Of a stretch of DNA of 55,856 nt, positions 32,666 to 42,370 are shown in pieces; positions within the stretch are counted from its first letter, which is position 1, and each line of letters begins with the position of its first letter. The stretch comes from an uncultured Rhodospirillaceae bacterium. Lineage in GTDB: Bacteria; Pseudomonadota; Alphaproteobacteria; UBA8366. The DNA lies in NCBI GenBank assembly GCA_964585785.1, contig CAZPFL010000005.1, positions 1 to 55,856 on the forward strand. Direction: 5' to 3'. The position numbers and the translations under genes are program-made. The notes beneath the pieces were generated by a model that had not been told where the DNA came from, ran no database searches, and was given only the letters and a program-made list of their open reading frames with translations.

Positions 32666-34018
32666 TCATCGCGCCAGCACGACGACGTCGACGGGCGCCT
32701 CGACACCCGCTACCTGGCTCGCCGGGCGGCGCTCGGGCGACGTCGCCGCGCGGTAGCCCTGCGCTTCGGCGAGCGCATAGGTCGCGGCGTCCGTGACCGC
32801 GCGCGTGCCGCACTGGCTGTTGTATTTCTCCAGCTTGGCGGAAAGGTTCACCGGCTCGCCGATGCAGGTGAATTCGAGCCGGGTATCCGCGCCGATTGCG
32901 CCAAAGATGATGCGCCCGCTGGTGACCGCGACGCCGATGCGTACCGGCGGCAGGCCCGCCTCCGCGCGGCGCTCTGCCCACGCGTCGGCTGCGGCAATGA
33001 TATCCGCCACGGCGCGCAGCGCATCGGCCGCATAGGTTTCGCTCAACACCGCCGCGCCGAAGGAAGCCAGGATGCCGTCGCCGAGGAACTTGTCGACCGT
33101 GCCGCCGTGTTTCTCGATGACCGGCACCAGCAGCGCCTGATACTCGGTGAGCAGCGCGATGAGCTCGGTCGGGCTCAGCCTGTTCGACAGCGCGGTAAAG
33201 CCACGGACATCGACCGACAGGATTGCCGCCGTCCGCGCCTCGCCTTCGCCGGCGCGGATCGCATGGTCTGATTGGGTGATCTGCCGCGCGATCTCGGGCG
33301 AGAAGAAACGCGACAGGTCGTGGGCCGCCGCCGTTTCGGCGACGGACCGCTCGAGCAGCCGCCGCGCGCGCGTCAGCGCCACGGCGATGATGCCGGTGAC
33401 CAGCAGGATCGATAACACCTTGTCGAACTCCGCGCCGAGCAACACGGAGTTCGAGGTCAGATAGGTCACGTAGTTCCGCGTGATCATCGTATCGGGATAT
33501 TCGGTCGTCACCGTGTAGAGCACGAGCAGCAGCCAGCACAGCGCGGCCGTCGCGCCGCACATCAGCACGTAGCGCGGCTCGAACCGAAGCGCCCGAAGCG
33601 CGATGAAGATGAAGACGTAAAGGAGCGTCGGCACCTTCAATGAAAAGGACGCCGGCTGGTGGTATTCCAGGTGGAAGCTCCAGATCAGCACGACCAGGAG
33701 CGCGACGTCGATGACGGCGGACAGGCCCGGCAGCCAGCGCGCCGACGCACGGCGCTCGGCGAGCGAGAGCCGCAGCAAGGTGAACAGGAAGTAGAAGGTC
33801 AACGCCAGCGCGGCGGGCGTCAGGAACGGGTTGTCGGGTGACGTCTTGGGCGAGATCGCATACAGCACGCCCATGATCGTCACGATCGCGAGCTGGAACC
33901 AGACAATCAGCTTTTCGCTGTCCTGCTGCTGACGCTGAATCGCAAGGCGCACGCGGTCGGGAACGGCGGTGCCGCCCTCGCCGAAGACGAACCGGGCGAT
34001 GCCTCCTCCGAGCGTCAT
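32666..34018 (-). CDS. Membrane-bound class III adenylate/guanylate cyclase
   Basis: About 6 N-terminal TM helices; ILSVDVRGFT, VDKFLGDG, FTCIGEPVNLSAKLE; ATGA overlap with the upstream methyltransferase. Confidence 0.93.
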   Translation of the reverse strand: MTLGGGIARFVFGEGGTAVPDRVRLAIQRQQQDSEKLIVWFQLAIVTIMGVLYAISPKTSPDNPFLTPAALALTFYFLFTLLRLSLAERRASARWLPGLSAVIDVALLVVLIWSFHLEYHQPASFSLKVPTLLYVFIFIALRALRFEPRYVLMCGATAALCWLLLVLYTVTTEYPDTMITRNYVTYLTSNSVLLGAEFDKVLSILLVTGIIAVALTRARRLLERSVAETAAAHDLSRFFSPEIARQITQSDHAIRAGEGEARTAAILSVDVRGFTALSNRLSPTELIALLTEYQALLVPVIEKHGGTVDKFLGDGILASFGAAVLSETYAADALRAVADIIAAADAWAERRAEAGLPPVRIGVAVTSGRIIFGAIGADTRLEFTCIGEPVNLSAKLEKYNSQCGTRAVTDAATYALAEAQGYRAATSPERRPASQVAGVEAPVDVVVLAR

Positions 34019-34947
34019 GGCTTTCTCACTCTGCTGCATGAAGCGCGATCTTCCGACATCTGTTCCTCTCCCGGAGACGCGGCCGCTTGTTCGCCGCCGC
34101 CGCGAGACCTCAGCCAGAGGCTCGCTTCAAAGGCACTCGGTAGCAGCGTCAGCGCGCCCGCCGCGCTCCGCGCGACCGCATCGCCAAAGCGGGTCACAGC
34201 GTAATGCGAGGCAAACTCGATACGCCAGCCGGCCTGGACGATCAGCAGCGCGACCGCCGACTGCTCGTTATAGCCGCGCCACGACCACGTCTCGGGATAG
34301 GGGTCGGGCAGAAAGATGTCGTGGAAATGCACGAGCACGCCCGCCGGCAGGATCGGCAGCACGGCGTTCAGCAGGAAGTCGACGTCGCTGCCCGGCATCA
34401 GCACATGGCCGGAGTCGATGCTGAGAATGTCGCCGGCACGCAGCGCGCGGAAGGGCGCGAGACCCGCCTGCTGCACCGGCGACTGAAGCGTCCGCAATCT
34501 GGGCAGCCCGGCGATGGACGCCCGCGGCGCCGGATCGATCGACAGAATATCGGTGTCGAGCGCTTCGTCCTGCGCTGCGCGGCAAAAGAAACGCGTCGAA
34601 TGCCCGCTGCCGATCTCGACGATGCGCCGCGGCCGCCGGCTCCGGATCATCGCATAGGCGATTGCCGCATCGAGACGGGGGAACCAGTCCTGCGTCCAGC
34701 GCGGCGCCGGCGGACCGTCCTGTCCGATCGCCCGCAGCGCCGCCGCATACGCGTCGAGACGCGCGAGCCAGTCGCGCATCGCCGCCGCACGCGCGGCGAA
34801 ACACGCGTCCAGGAGCGGCGACCGGCAGACCGCCGCATCCGCGTGCACGGCCTGAAGGCTCGGCGCGAAATACCCTCGCTTGCGGAGTCCGCTCACCGTC
34901 TGAAGGCCGAACCAGAAGCGCCGCAGCCGACCGCGTACCGGATTCAT
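34015..34947 (-). CDS. Class I SAM-dependent methyltransferase (Methyltransf_24-like)
   Basis: RIVEIGSGHST, SIDP, SIDSGH, HFHDIFLP, YNEQ. Confidence 0.85.
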   Translation of the reverse strand: MNPVRGRLRRFWFGLQTVSGLRKRGYFAPSLQAVHADAAVCRSPLLDACFAARAAAMRDWLARLDAYAAALRAIGQDGPPAPRWTQDWFPRLDAAIAYAMIRSRRPRRIVEIGSGHSTRFFCRAAQDEALDTDILSIDPAPRASIAGLPRLRTLQSPVQQAGLAPFRALRAGDILSIDSGHVLMPGSDVDFLLNAVLPILPAGVLVHFHDIFLPDPYPETWSWRGYNEQSAVALLIVQAGWRIEFASHYAVTRFGDAVARSAAGALTLLPSAFEASLWLRSRGGGEQAAASPGEEQMSEDRASCSRVRKP

Positions 34948-34972
34948 CGCCTGCTCCCGCGCCGCGCGGCGG

Positions 34973-35806
34973 TCACGGCATCAGCACCATGCCTTCGCGC
35001 GCGACCACCGTTCCCGGCCGGATCTTCTCCGCCGCCGCGGCGATGGCGTCCATCTGGTCGTCGTCGTGGTTGGGGTCGTGGTGAAAAATCACCAGCGTCC
35101 TGGCACCCGCCGCCTCGACCAGCCGCACGCCTTCCTGCCACGTTGAATGGCCGAAGCCGCGGTATCGCGAATACTCCTCGTCGGCATAGGTCGAATCATA
35201 GATCACCATGTCGGCGCCGCGGATGAGGTTGACGATATTTTTGTCGCGCTTGCCGTCCTCATGCTCGGTGTCGGTGACATAGCAGATCGACCGCCCGTCG
35301 AACTCGACGCGGTATCCGGTCGCCCGGTTCGGGTGATTGAGCGGCGCGGTGCGGATGGTGATGCCGTCGCCGGGCGACAGCACGTCACCGGTCGAGAAAT
35401 CGTGAAACTCCACATCCGCCTTGAATGCGGATGGCGGGATCGGAAAGAGCGGTGCCATCATCATTTCCATCAGCACGCGCTGAAGGTCCGTATCGGGCAC
35501 CAGATGCCCCGCCGCCAGCCGGATCTTGTTGCCGACCGTATACAGCGGCGCGAAGAACGGCAGGCCGCAGATGTGATCGAAATGCGTGTGCGTCAGGTAC
35601 AGCTCGGCGTCGATCGGTGTGCTTCCGTCAAGCTCGTTGCCGAGATCGCGTAGCCCGGTACCGGCATCGAAGATGAGAAGCCGGCCGCCGCAGCGCATCT
35701 CGAGACATGAGGTGTTGCCGCCGTAGCGCACCGTTCGCGGCCCCGGGCAGGCGATGCTGCCTCTCACCCCCCAGAACTTCACATAAAAGTCCGTTGTATC
35801 GGACAT
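34973..35806 (-). CDS. MBL-fold metallo-hydrolase (putative cyclic-nucleotide phosphodiesterase)
   Basis: FWGVRGSI, YGGNTSC, FDAGTG, THTHFDH, TDTEH, GHST, FHHDP. Confidence 0.88.
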   Translation of the reverse strand: MSDTTDFYVKFWGVRGSIACPGPRTVRYGGNTSCLEMRCGGRLLIFDAGTGLRDLGNELDGSTPIDAELYLTHTHFDHICGLPFFAPLYTVGNKIRLAAGHLVPDTDLQRVLMEMMMAPLFPIPPSAFKADVEFHDFSTGDVLSPGDGITIRTAPLNHPNRATGYRVEFDGRSICYVTDTEHEDGKRDKNIVNLIRGADMVIYDSTYADEEYSRYRGFGHSTWQEGVRLVEAAGARTLVIFHHDPNHDDDQMDAIAAAAEKIRPGTVVAREGMVLMP

Positions 35807-35965
35807 GCGCCTTCAAGCTCGTGTATCAACGGGTTCGGCGGCCTCACTCGGCCACAGTCTGCGTATTTGCCCGGAGGGTGTAAAGCACACTTGCGGCGGA
35901 CGGCACCACCATTGATGCTGGGACCCGGCTCCGCCACCCAACAATCGGATGCGTCCCGTCGAGCG

Positions 35966-37186
35966 ATGGCCCAGCAAGAAACGGACTCCACGATAAACTG
36001 GCCAGGCATCGCATACGGCCTTTCGCTTGCAATTCTCGCGGCGTATCAGCAATTCAAGCTGCCGCCGGTTCTGCCCCTGCTGATCGGGCACTACGGCTTC
36101 GGCCGCACTTTGGCGGGCGGCTTCATGTCGGTCTACGCCTTCTGCGGCCTGCTGCTGTCGCTTCTTCTCGGCAGCTTCATGCAGCGCCGCGACGCGACGG
36201 TTCTGCTGAACCTTTCATTCCTCCTCTTCATCGTCGCCGCGGCGGTGATGATGCTGTGGCCTGCCGCGGGCTGGCTGTTCGTCGCGGCGCGCGGGGTCGA
36301 GGGGATCGCCTTCGCCATCCTGGCGATTGCCGGACCGGCCATCTGCACCGCCAACGCGGGCGCCCGCGGCCTGGCGATCGCCGCCGCGCTGATCGCCACC
36401 TGGATCCCGGTCGGCGCGCTGATCGCGAACCTGCTGACCGCCGGCCTCGTCGACTGGGCGGGCTGGCGCGTGCTTTGGGGGGTCGGCATCATCGCCACGG
36501 CGGCGATGGCCGTCTGGACCGCGCGGGTGCGGAAATCAGGGCGCATCCACTTCGGCGGCGAGAGCGCCAAGGCGGCCCAATCCGACCCGCCGCCATCGCA
36601 TAGCGGCGCGTCGTGGCGCCTGATGACGCTCGGCGCATCGCTCTTCACCCTCTGGTCCATCCAGTTTTTCGCCTACTCGACCTGGCTGCCCGATTACCTC
36701 GTCAACGTCTACGGCCAGTCGCCGCGCGTCGCCGCGTCGCTCTTCATGATCCCGATGGCCGTGCTGACCGCCTTCAATCTCGTCGCCGCGCCGATCCTGC
36801 GCGCGGGCATGTCCGTTGCGATGCTGCTGGCGATCGCGCTCGGCATCCAGGCGGCGGTCTGGTTCCTGCTGCCGTATCTCGGTCCCGTTTCCGCCGGGAT
36901 TGCGGCATTTCTGGTTTTCGCCGCCGCCGCCGGCATCACGCCGACCTGCCTGTTCGCGCTGCCGGGCACGATTTTCGGCGTGGCGCGGGCAGGCGGACGG
37001 GCGTTCGGCGTGCTCATGACGGGGCGTAATCTCGGCGTCCTGTGCGGACCGTTGCTGACGGGCGCCTTGGTGCAGCTGACCGGCGGCTGGCGCCCGGTGC
37101 CGTTCGTGCTGGGGACCGCGGGCGTCATCGCGACCGTGGGCGCGCTCGGCCTGCATTTTCGCCTGCACCGGCCCAAACACCGCTGA
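35966..37186 (+). CDS. MFS transporter
   Basis: About 12 TM helices, QFKLPPVLP, ARGVEG. Confidence 0.85.
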   Translation: MAQQETDSTINWPGIAYGLSLAILAAYQQFKLPPVLPLLIGHYGFGRTLAGGFMSVYAFCGLLLSLLLGSFMQRRDATVLLNLSFLLFIVAAAVMMLWPAAGWLFVAARGVEGIAFAILAIAGPAICTANAGARGLAIAAALIATWIPVGALIANLLTAGLVDWAGWRVLWGVGIIATAAMAVWTARVRKSGRIHFGGESAKAAQSDPPPSHSGASWRLMTLGASLFTLWSIQFFAYSTWLPDYLVNVYGQSPRVAASLFMIPMAVLTAFNLVAAPILRAGMSVAMLLAIALGIQAAVWFLLPYLGPVSAGIAAFLVFAAAAGITPTCLFALPGTIFGVARAGGRAFGVLMTGRNLGVLCGPLLTGALVQLTGGWRPVPFVLGTAGVIATVGALGLHFRLHRPKHR

Positions 37187-37205
37187 TCGGGCAAATTCCC
37201 GGCGG

Positions 37206-37892
37206 TTACGGGATGAGCTTGTAGCCGCCCGGCTCGGTGACCAGGATTTCCGCATGCGCCGGGTCGCGCTCGATCTTCTGGCGTAGGCGATAGACATGCG
37301 TCTCGAGGGTATGCGTCGTCACCCCGGCGTTATATCCCCACACTTCGCCGAGCAGCGTGTCGCGGCCGACGACCTTGTCGCCGGACCGGTAGAGGTATTT
37401 CAGGATGGCCGTCTCTTTCTCGGTAAGCCGGATCTTCTTGTTCGTCTCGTCGTCGAGCAGGATCTTCGAGCTCGGCATGAAGGTGTAGGGCCCGACGCTG
37501 AACACGGCGTCCTCGCTCTGCTCATGCTGGCGAAGCTGGGCGCGCAGGCGGGCGAGCAGCACGTTGAGGCGGAACGGCTTCGTGATGTAGTCGTTCGCGC
37601 CGGCGTCGAGCCCAAGGATCGTGTCGGCGTCCGAGTCCGCTGCCGTCAGCATGATAATCGGCGATTTGACGCCGGCACGGCGCATCAGGCGGCACGCCTC
37701 GCGGCCATCCATGTCGGGCAATCCGACGTCGAGCAGAATGGCGTCGAAATAATCTTTCTTGGCGAGCTCGATGGCTTCGGTCGCCGTTCCGCAGGACGCG
37801 GTCGCGAACTCTTCGTGCAGCTGGAGCTGCTCGTCGAGCGATTGGCGCAAGACTTCGTCGTCGTCGACGAGAAGGATCTTTTTTCCGTTCAT
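37206..37892 (-). CDS. cenR: OmpR-family response regulator CenR/OtpR
   Basis: EQLQLHEEF, LDVGLPDMDGREAC, GANDYITKPF, RLTEKETAILKYLYR, WGYNAGVTTHTLETHVYRLRQKIE. Confidence 0.88.
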   Translation of the reverse strand: MNGKKILLVDDDEVLRQSLDEQLQLHEEFATASCGTATEAIELAKKDYFDAILLDVGLPDMDGREACRLMRRAGVKSPIIMLTAADSDADTILGLDAGANDYITKPFRLNVLLARLRAQLRQHEQSEDAVFSVGPYTFMPSSKILLDDETNKKIRLTEKETAILKYLYRSGDKVVGRDTLLGEVWGYNAGVTTHTLETHVYRLRQKIERDPAHAEILVTEPGGYKLIP

Positions 37893-38064
37893 AGCTGCAC
37901 TCCCAACCGCGGTGCTCTTACCGGGGTAGCGGTTCTTATCTGATGCGGATGGGCCCGCCATTCAAGCGTCCTGTTGTAGGATCGAGGGCCTTTTTAGCAA
38001 GCGCCCCGCTTACGGTTATTACCTGAATCGATTGAGTTTCTTGCCGTTTAGGTCTGCCGTGGGC

Positions 38065-38892
38065 TCACGGCAACGTGACGGTGTGTGAGTCTTGTTTTCG
38101 GGATCCGCCGCCGCGGAGGGTCGCAAAAAGGTCGACATGCCCGACGACCAGCGAGAGTTGCCGCCCGGCGACCTGCGCTTCGCGCCGCCGGCGCCAGGCC
38201 TTGATCTCGCTTGGCGAGGCCGCGCCGTCGCGCAACCCGACATCGGCGAAGCCGGCGACGAGCGCACACAGCATTGCGGTGTCCCCCGGACCAAGCCGCC
38301 AGTCGCTTCGCGCCCAGCGCACTCCGTAACCGTACTGCCGCAAGACCCGGGCGAGGCCGCGCGGCGCGCGCGGGCCCAGCGCGGGGCCGAAGCCCTTGTC
38401 ACGGGTCTGATCGCGCCGAAAGCAGTGCATCACAATCGCGTCGGACGGATCGCCCGGCGAAAACGCCACCCGGCCGTCCACGGTCAGGGCGAACAGAAGC
38501 GGCAGGCCATTGCGCGCAGCTTCCGCGATCGCTTTGTCGAGCCACGCCGCCGACACGAGATCACACAGGGCCGACGCGGTGACGCCATCGTACCGGTCGA
38601 GGCCGAGCGCGCGCCGCGGCCGGGCGAGGTCGAGGCTTCGCGCGTCGCCGCGGCGAAGCCGGCCGCGGGCAAGCGGCAGAAGCGTCCGGTCCGCATCGAT
38701 CAACGACCAGCGAATGTCATGCCGGCCCAGCGACATGAGATAGTGCGCGTTCGCGCCGGCGCCGCAGGCGAGATCCGCAACAAGGGCGTCGCGCGGCAGC
38801 GCATCCAGGAAGGCCCGCGCCAGGGCTTTCGATCGGGATGCCCGGTCGGAGGGCCCCCGCAGGGCGAGCCAATCCCGCGAGAATTGTTCCAT
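38065..38892 (-). CDS. SAM-dependent methyltransferase-like protein
   Basis: FSRDWLALR..D..SR, DLACGAGAN, TASALCDLVS, ALGP, SDWRL; start at ATG 38892 or GTG 38907. Confidence 0.82.
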   Translation of the reverse strand: MEQFSRDWLALRGPSDRASRSKALARAFLDALPRDALVADLACGAGANAHYLMSLGRHDIRWSLIDADRTLLPLARGRLRRGDARSLDLARPRRALGLDRYDGVTASALCDLVSAAWLDKAIAEAARNGLPLLFALTVDGRVAFSPGDPSDAIVMHCFRRDQTRDKGFGPALGPRAPRGLARVLRQYGYGVRWARSDWRLGPGDTAMLCALVAGFADVGLRDGAASPSEIKAWRRRREAQVAGRQLSLVVGHVDLFATLRGGGSRKQDSHTVTLP

Positions 38893-38903
38893 TGGCGCCG
38901 GGC

Positions 38904-39962
38904 TCACGGCTCGGACAAGGCGCGCGCAAAGGCTGCCGCCGTGTCCGCCCATCGCGGCAGCGGCCGCCCCACCTGCCAAGCGCCCTCGGCTTTGCCGCGG
39001 CGGTAGGCGGGATCGCCGATCATGTGCCGCAGCGCCGCGACGAGCGCGTCGTGATCGCCGACCGGGACGACGATGCCGGCCGCATCGGGCACTGTATCGG
39101 CGACGGCGCCCGCGCCGCTCGCGACGATGGGCAGGCCATGCGCCATCGCCTCGGCGAAGACCATGCCGTAGCCCTCGTAACGTGACGCCAACACGAACGC
39201 GTCCGCCGCCGCGTAAAGGCTCTCCAGCGCCTGGCCCCTTTGCGGTCCGACGAGACGGACGCGATCCGCAAGACCGAGCCGCACGAGCGCCGCTTTCACC
39301 TGCGCTTCGGTCTCCCCGCCCTCGTCGGGCGGGCCCGCGCAGACGAGCCGCCACGCCAGGTCGCGGCAATCGGCAAGCGCCTCCAACAGCGCCAAGTGAC
39401 CCTTGCGCGGCGTCAGCGAGGCGACGCACAAGAGCTGCACCGCGCCGCTCGTGGAGCCCACGGATCGCTGCGCCGGCTCGACGCCCGGCGGCACGACGCG
39501 AATGCGCGCTGCGGCGACGCCGAAGTCGCCGAGCCGGCGCGCCATCGCCGGGCTCGGCACGATGAATCGGCGCAACAGGCCGAACAGCCGCTGCTCGATC
39601 GCAAAGAGACCCTCGGACTCCGCCGCGCTTAAGCCTGTCTCGTCCGCTGTCGGGTGATGGATGAGCCCGGTGAACGACAGCCGGTCCGCGTGTTTCGCCA
39701 GCGCGCCCTCGAAGGCAGGAAGCGCAAGGCCGTCGACGACGACCAAGGCCCGATCCGGGATCGCAGCCAGCAGCCGGGACGCCGCCGCCCGGGTATCCGC
39801 ATCGCTCAGCGGAAAGCGGCCGGGCAGCTCGTGCAGCGTGACCTGCCAACCCATATCCCGCAGGCGCTCGATGACACCTCGATCATAGATCGTGCCGCCG
39901 GAAGCCTGGCCGATGGAGCCGGGGTGAATGAAGTGCAGCGTGCCGGGTTCTGTTTTGGGCAA
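38904..39962 (-). CDS. Glycosyltransferase family 4
   Basis: SGGTIYDR, VVDGLA, LIHHP, ASLTPRKG, EGYGMVFAEAMAHGLP. Confidence 0.92.
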   Translation of the reverse strand: MPKTEPGTLHFIHPGSIGQASGGTIYDRGVIERLRDMGWQVTLHELPGRFPLSDADTRAAASRLLAAIPDRALVVVDGLALPAFEGALAKHADRLSFTGLIHHPTADETGLSAAESEGLFAIEQRLFGLLRRFIVPSPAMARRLGDFGVAAARIRVVPPGVEPAQRSVGSTSGAVQLLCVASLTPRKGHLALLEALADCRDLAWRLVCAGPPDEGGETEAQVKAALVRLGLADRVRLVGPQRGQALESLYAAADAFVLASRYEGYGMVFAEAMAHGLPIVASGAGAVADTVPDAAGIVVPVGDHDALVAALRHMIGDPAYRRGKAEGAWQVGRPLPRWADTAAAFARALSEP

Positions 39963-39983
39963 GGGCTACCCCCGCGCTCGGGG

Positions 39984-40394
39984 TCAATCCGAGCGTACCG
40001 GGCCGCGATAGCTCGCCCAGGCGTTCGGCGTCTCGCGCAACGTCACCTCGATCTCGGCCAGCGCGGTCGCCGTGTCGCCGGACAAGCGGCCGGCGAGCAC
40101 GCCATCCCGGTAGCGCCTGAAGATCTCGAGCGCGAGGAACTCGGTCGTCGTGACGGTGCCCTGGAATTCCGGCAGCTCATCGAGGTTGCGGTAGGCGAGC
40201 GGCGCCAGCACCTCGACCAGGAGCGTCCGCGCGCGGCCGATATCGGCGACAATGTTGTCACGGTCGAGCGCGGCGCGGCGCAGCTGCACCTCGACCACAT
40301 AGGTCGCGCCGTGCAGGCGCTGGGCGGGGCCGAACACCTCGCCCTTGAGGCTGTGCGCGATCATGATGCTGTCGCTGACGGTGACGCTGAACAA
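39984..40394 (-). CDS. 6-pyruvoyl-tetrahydropterin synthase-like protein (COG0720, PTPS-IV type)
   Basis: IMIAHSLKGEVFGPAQRLHGATY, YRNLDE, TTTEFLA, LRET; FGPAQ in place of the QueD CxxxHGH. Confidence 0.9.
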   Translation of the reverse strand: MFSVTVSDSIMIAHSLKGEVFGPAQRLHGATYVVEVQLRRAALDRDNIVADIGRARTLLVEVLAPLAYRNLDELPEFQGTVTTTEFLALEIFRRYRDGVLAGRLSGDTATALAEIEVTLRETPNAWASYRGPVRSD

Positions 40395-40406
40395 GCCGGC
40401 GGCTCC

Positions 40407-41366
40407 TTAAGGATAGGTAATGACGTGACATAACGTGTCGCCGGGATCCGCGGCAAGCCGCGCCATGGTCTCCGGCAGGCGATCGAAGGGCGATTCGCCG
40501 GTGAGAAGGTGGTCGAAGACCGGGTCGCGCAGCAAGTCGAGCGCCAGGCACAGGCGGTCCCGCCGGCTACGGTTGGCGCGGCGCGACGGCGCGACCGAGC
40601 CAACCTGCGAGGAACGCAAGGTGAGGCGGCGCGAATGAAAATTCTCGCCGAGCGGGACCGGCACCGCGCCGTCGCCATACCAGCTCAGGTCCAGGATGGT
40701 CGCCTCGAACGCGGCGAGCCCGAGCGCGGTCGCGAGGCCCGCCGCCTTGCCGCTCGTATGAAAGACGAGGTCCACATCCGCCGTCGCGGCGTCCGGAAGC
40801 GCGAAGCGGACGCCGAGCGCCTCGGCGACGGCCCGCCGTCGCGGGTTCACGTCGATCAGCTCGACTTGCACCGCGGGATACCGCGCCGCCAGCGCCGCGA
40901 CGAAACAGCCGACGACGCCACCGCCGACGACCGCGATCCGATCGCCGAGATGGGGCGGTCCGTCCCACAGCGCATTCACCGCGGTTTCCATATTGGCCGC
41001 CAGCACGGCGCGCCGGTCGGGAACCTCCTGCGGAACCGGGACGGCGGCGTCACGGGGAACGACGAAGCGGTCTTGATGCGGATGAAGGCAGAAGACGCGT
41101 GCGCCGTCCTCGGTGCGTCCGGCCATCGCGTAGCCATATTTGACCGGCGCCGGAAAATCGCCCTCCTGAAACGGGCAGCGCATGACGGCATGCTGGCTTT
41201 GCGGAACCGCGCCGCGAAAGACCAAGCTCTCGGTGCCCCGGCTGACGCCGCTGGCGGCGGCATGGACGACAACCTCTCCCGAGCCGGCCGCGCGCGCCGG
41301 CGCGTCACGAATTTCGCCCCGCCCCGGCGCAACGACCCAGAAGGCGCGCTCGACACCCGCGCTCAC
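40407..41366 (-). CDS. MDR-superfamily (zinc-binding alcohol dehydrogenase-like) oxidoreductase
   Basis: SGVSRGTE, FPAPVKYGY, LHPHQD, ETAVNALWD, VGGGVVG, LSWYG. Confidence 0.88.
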   Translation of the reverse strand: MSAGVERAFWVVAPGRGEIRDAPARAAGSGEVVVHAAASGVSRGTESLVFRGAVPQSQHAVMRCPFQEGDFPAPVKYGYAMAGRTEDGARVFCLHPHQDRFVVPRDAAVPVPQEVPDRRAVLAANMETAVNALWDGPPHLGDRIAVVGGGVVGCFVAALAARYPAVQVELIDVNPRRRAVAEALGVRFALPDAATADVDLVFHTSGKAAGLATALGLAAFEATILDLSWYGDGAVPVPLGENFHSRRLTLRSSQVGSVAPSRRANRSRRDRLCLALDLLRDPVFDHLLTGESPFDRLPETMARLAADPGDTLCHVITYP

Positions 41367-42214
41367 GCGCCGCATCCGCGCAGGTCGCACTCGATCATCA
41401 GGTCCGCGCCGAAACGGAAATAGCGCACCGCGGGCCGGATGCTTTCCGACAGCGTCTGGACCTGGGGCAGCGAGATGCCCATGCGGCCCGACCCGATGAT
41501 CAGGGGCGCGATCGTCACCTGCAGAAAATCGAGGCCGCCCGCTTCGAGAAAGCGCGACACCGTGATCCCGCCGCCTTCGATGAAGAGGCGCGGCAAGCCG
41601 CGCGCGGCGAGTGTCTGCCGGATCGCGGCCGGGCACAGGCCTTGGCCCCGGCGCGGCACGCCGATCACCGCCGCGTCCCCATGGCGCGCCGCGGTGGCTT
41701 TGTCCTCGGCCGTCAACAGAAGCGTTTCCGCGCAGCCGTCCCGGAAAATCTGATAGCTCGTATCGAGCCGCCGCTCGGTATCGACGACGACCCGCACCGG
41801 ATTGCGGCCGTCGCAGAGCCTGACGGTGAGCTGCGGATCGTCGTGGCGCACGGTGCCCGCGCCGACCAGGACGGCGTCGCAGAGCGCCCGCATGCGGTGG
41901 TTATGCAGGATATCCTGCTCGCCGGTAACGTAATGCGACGCGCCGGAGGCGGTGGCGATCCGTCCGTCCAGGCTCTGACCGAGATGCGCGATGGCTGCCG
42001 TCGGGCCGATGGTGAGCAGGGGCCAATAGAGATCCTGGAGAGATGGCGCCGCGAGGTCTTTGTCGGCGGCGGGCTCAGTTTCATGCCGGACGGCAGTCCG
42101 CGCGCCCGTATCCCGGAGCACGCAGGGCGGATGCTGCGACAGCAGCAGGAGCGCATTCCACGCCGCGTCGGAATCGGCGTTTACGTCTGCAACATATTGT
42201 TCTAGCGGCCTCAT
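41363..42214 (-). CDS. RibD C-terminal-type reductase
   Basis: GQSLDGRIAT, HRMRALCDAVLVGAGTVRHDDPQLTVR, IEGGG, APLIIGSG. Confidence 0.9.
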   Translation of the reverse strand: MRPLEQYVADVNADSDAAWNALLLLSQHPPCVLRDTGARTAVRHETEPAADKDLAAPSLQDLYWPLLTIGPTAAIAHLGQSLDGRIATASGASHYVTGEQDILHNHRMRALCDAVLVGAGTVRHDDPQLTVRLCDGRNPVRVVVDTERRLDTSYQIFRDGCAETLLLTAEDKATAARHGDAAVIGVPRRGQGLCPAAIRQTLAARGLPRLFIEGGGITVSRFLEAGGLDFLQVTIAPLIIGSGRMGISLPQVQTLSESIRPAVRYFRFGADLMIECDLRGCGA

Positions 42215-42370
42215 TGCGGCCTACGATGCGGGGTCGGCCGCCTATTGGCAAGCACACATTGGAATCACATTTGCGCGCGCGGCCTCACGTTGCTGGTGCT
42301 TACACCACAATTAAATGCATCATCGGCGCGTTTTAGCCGATGGACTGGACCCGCTGGAGAACGCCCCGCG

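Noticed and set aside
32666-35806. Pycsar/CBASS-like anti-phage system (cyclase + cNMP-binding protein + MBL hydrolase)
   Set aside because: The cyclase is a 6-TM enzyme with ATP-selecting residues, the cNMP protein has no TIR or TM effector and lies 15 kb away, and the context is metabolic with host-like GC; not fully excluded without a product assay
38065-39849. 594-aa ORF suggesting a GT-methyltransferase fusion or frameshift
   Set aside because: The upstream part is an off-frame read-through of the GT4 gene; the methyltransferase has its own start at 38907/38892
39984-42214. Queuosine (queD) or riboflavin (ribD) housekeeping genes
   Set aside because: The PTPS lacks CxxxHGH, the RibD lacks the deaminase domain, and no queC/queE or ribE/ribH genes are nearby
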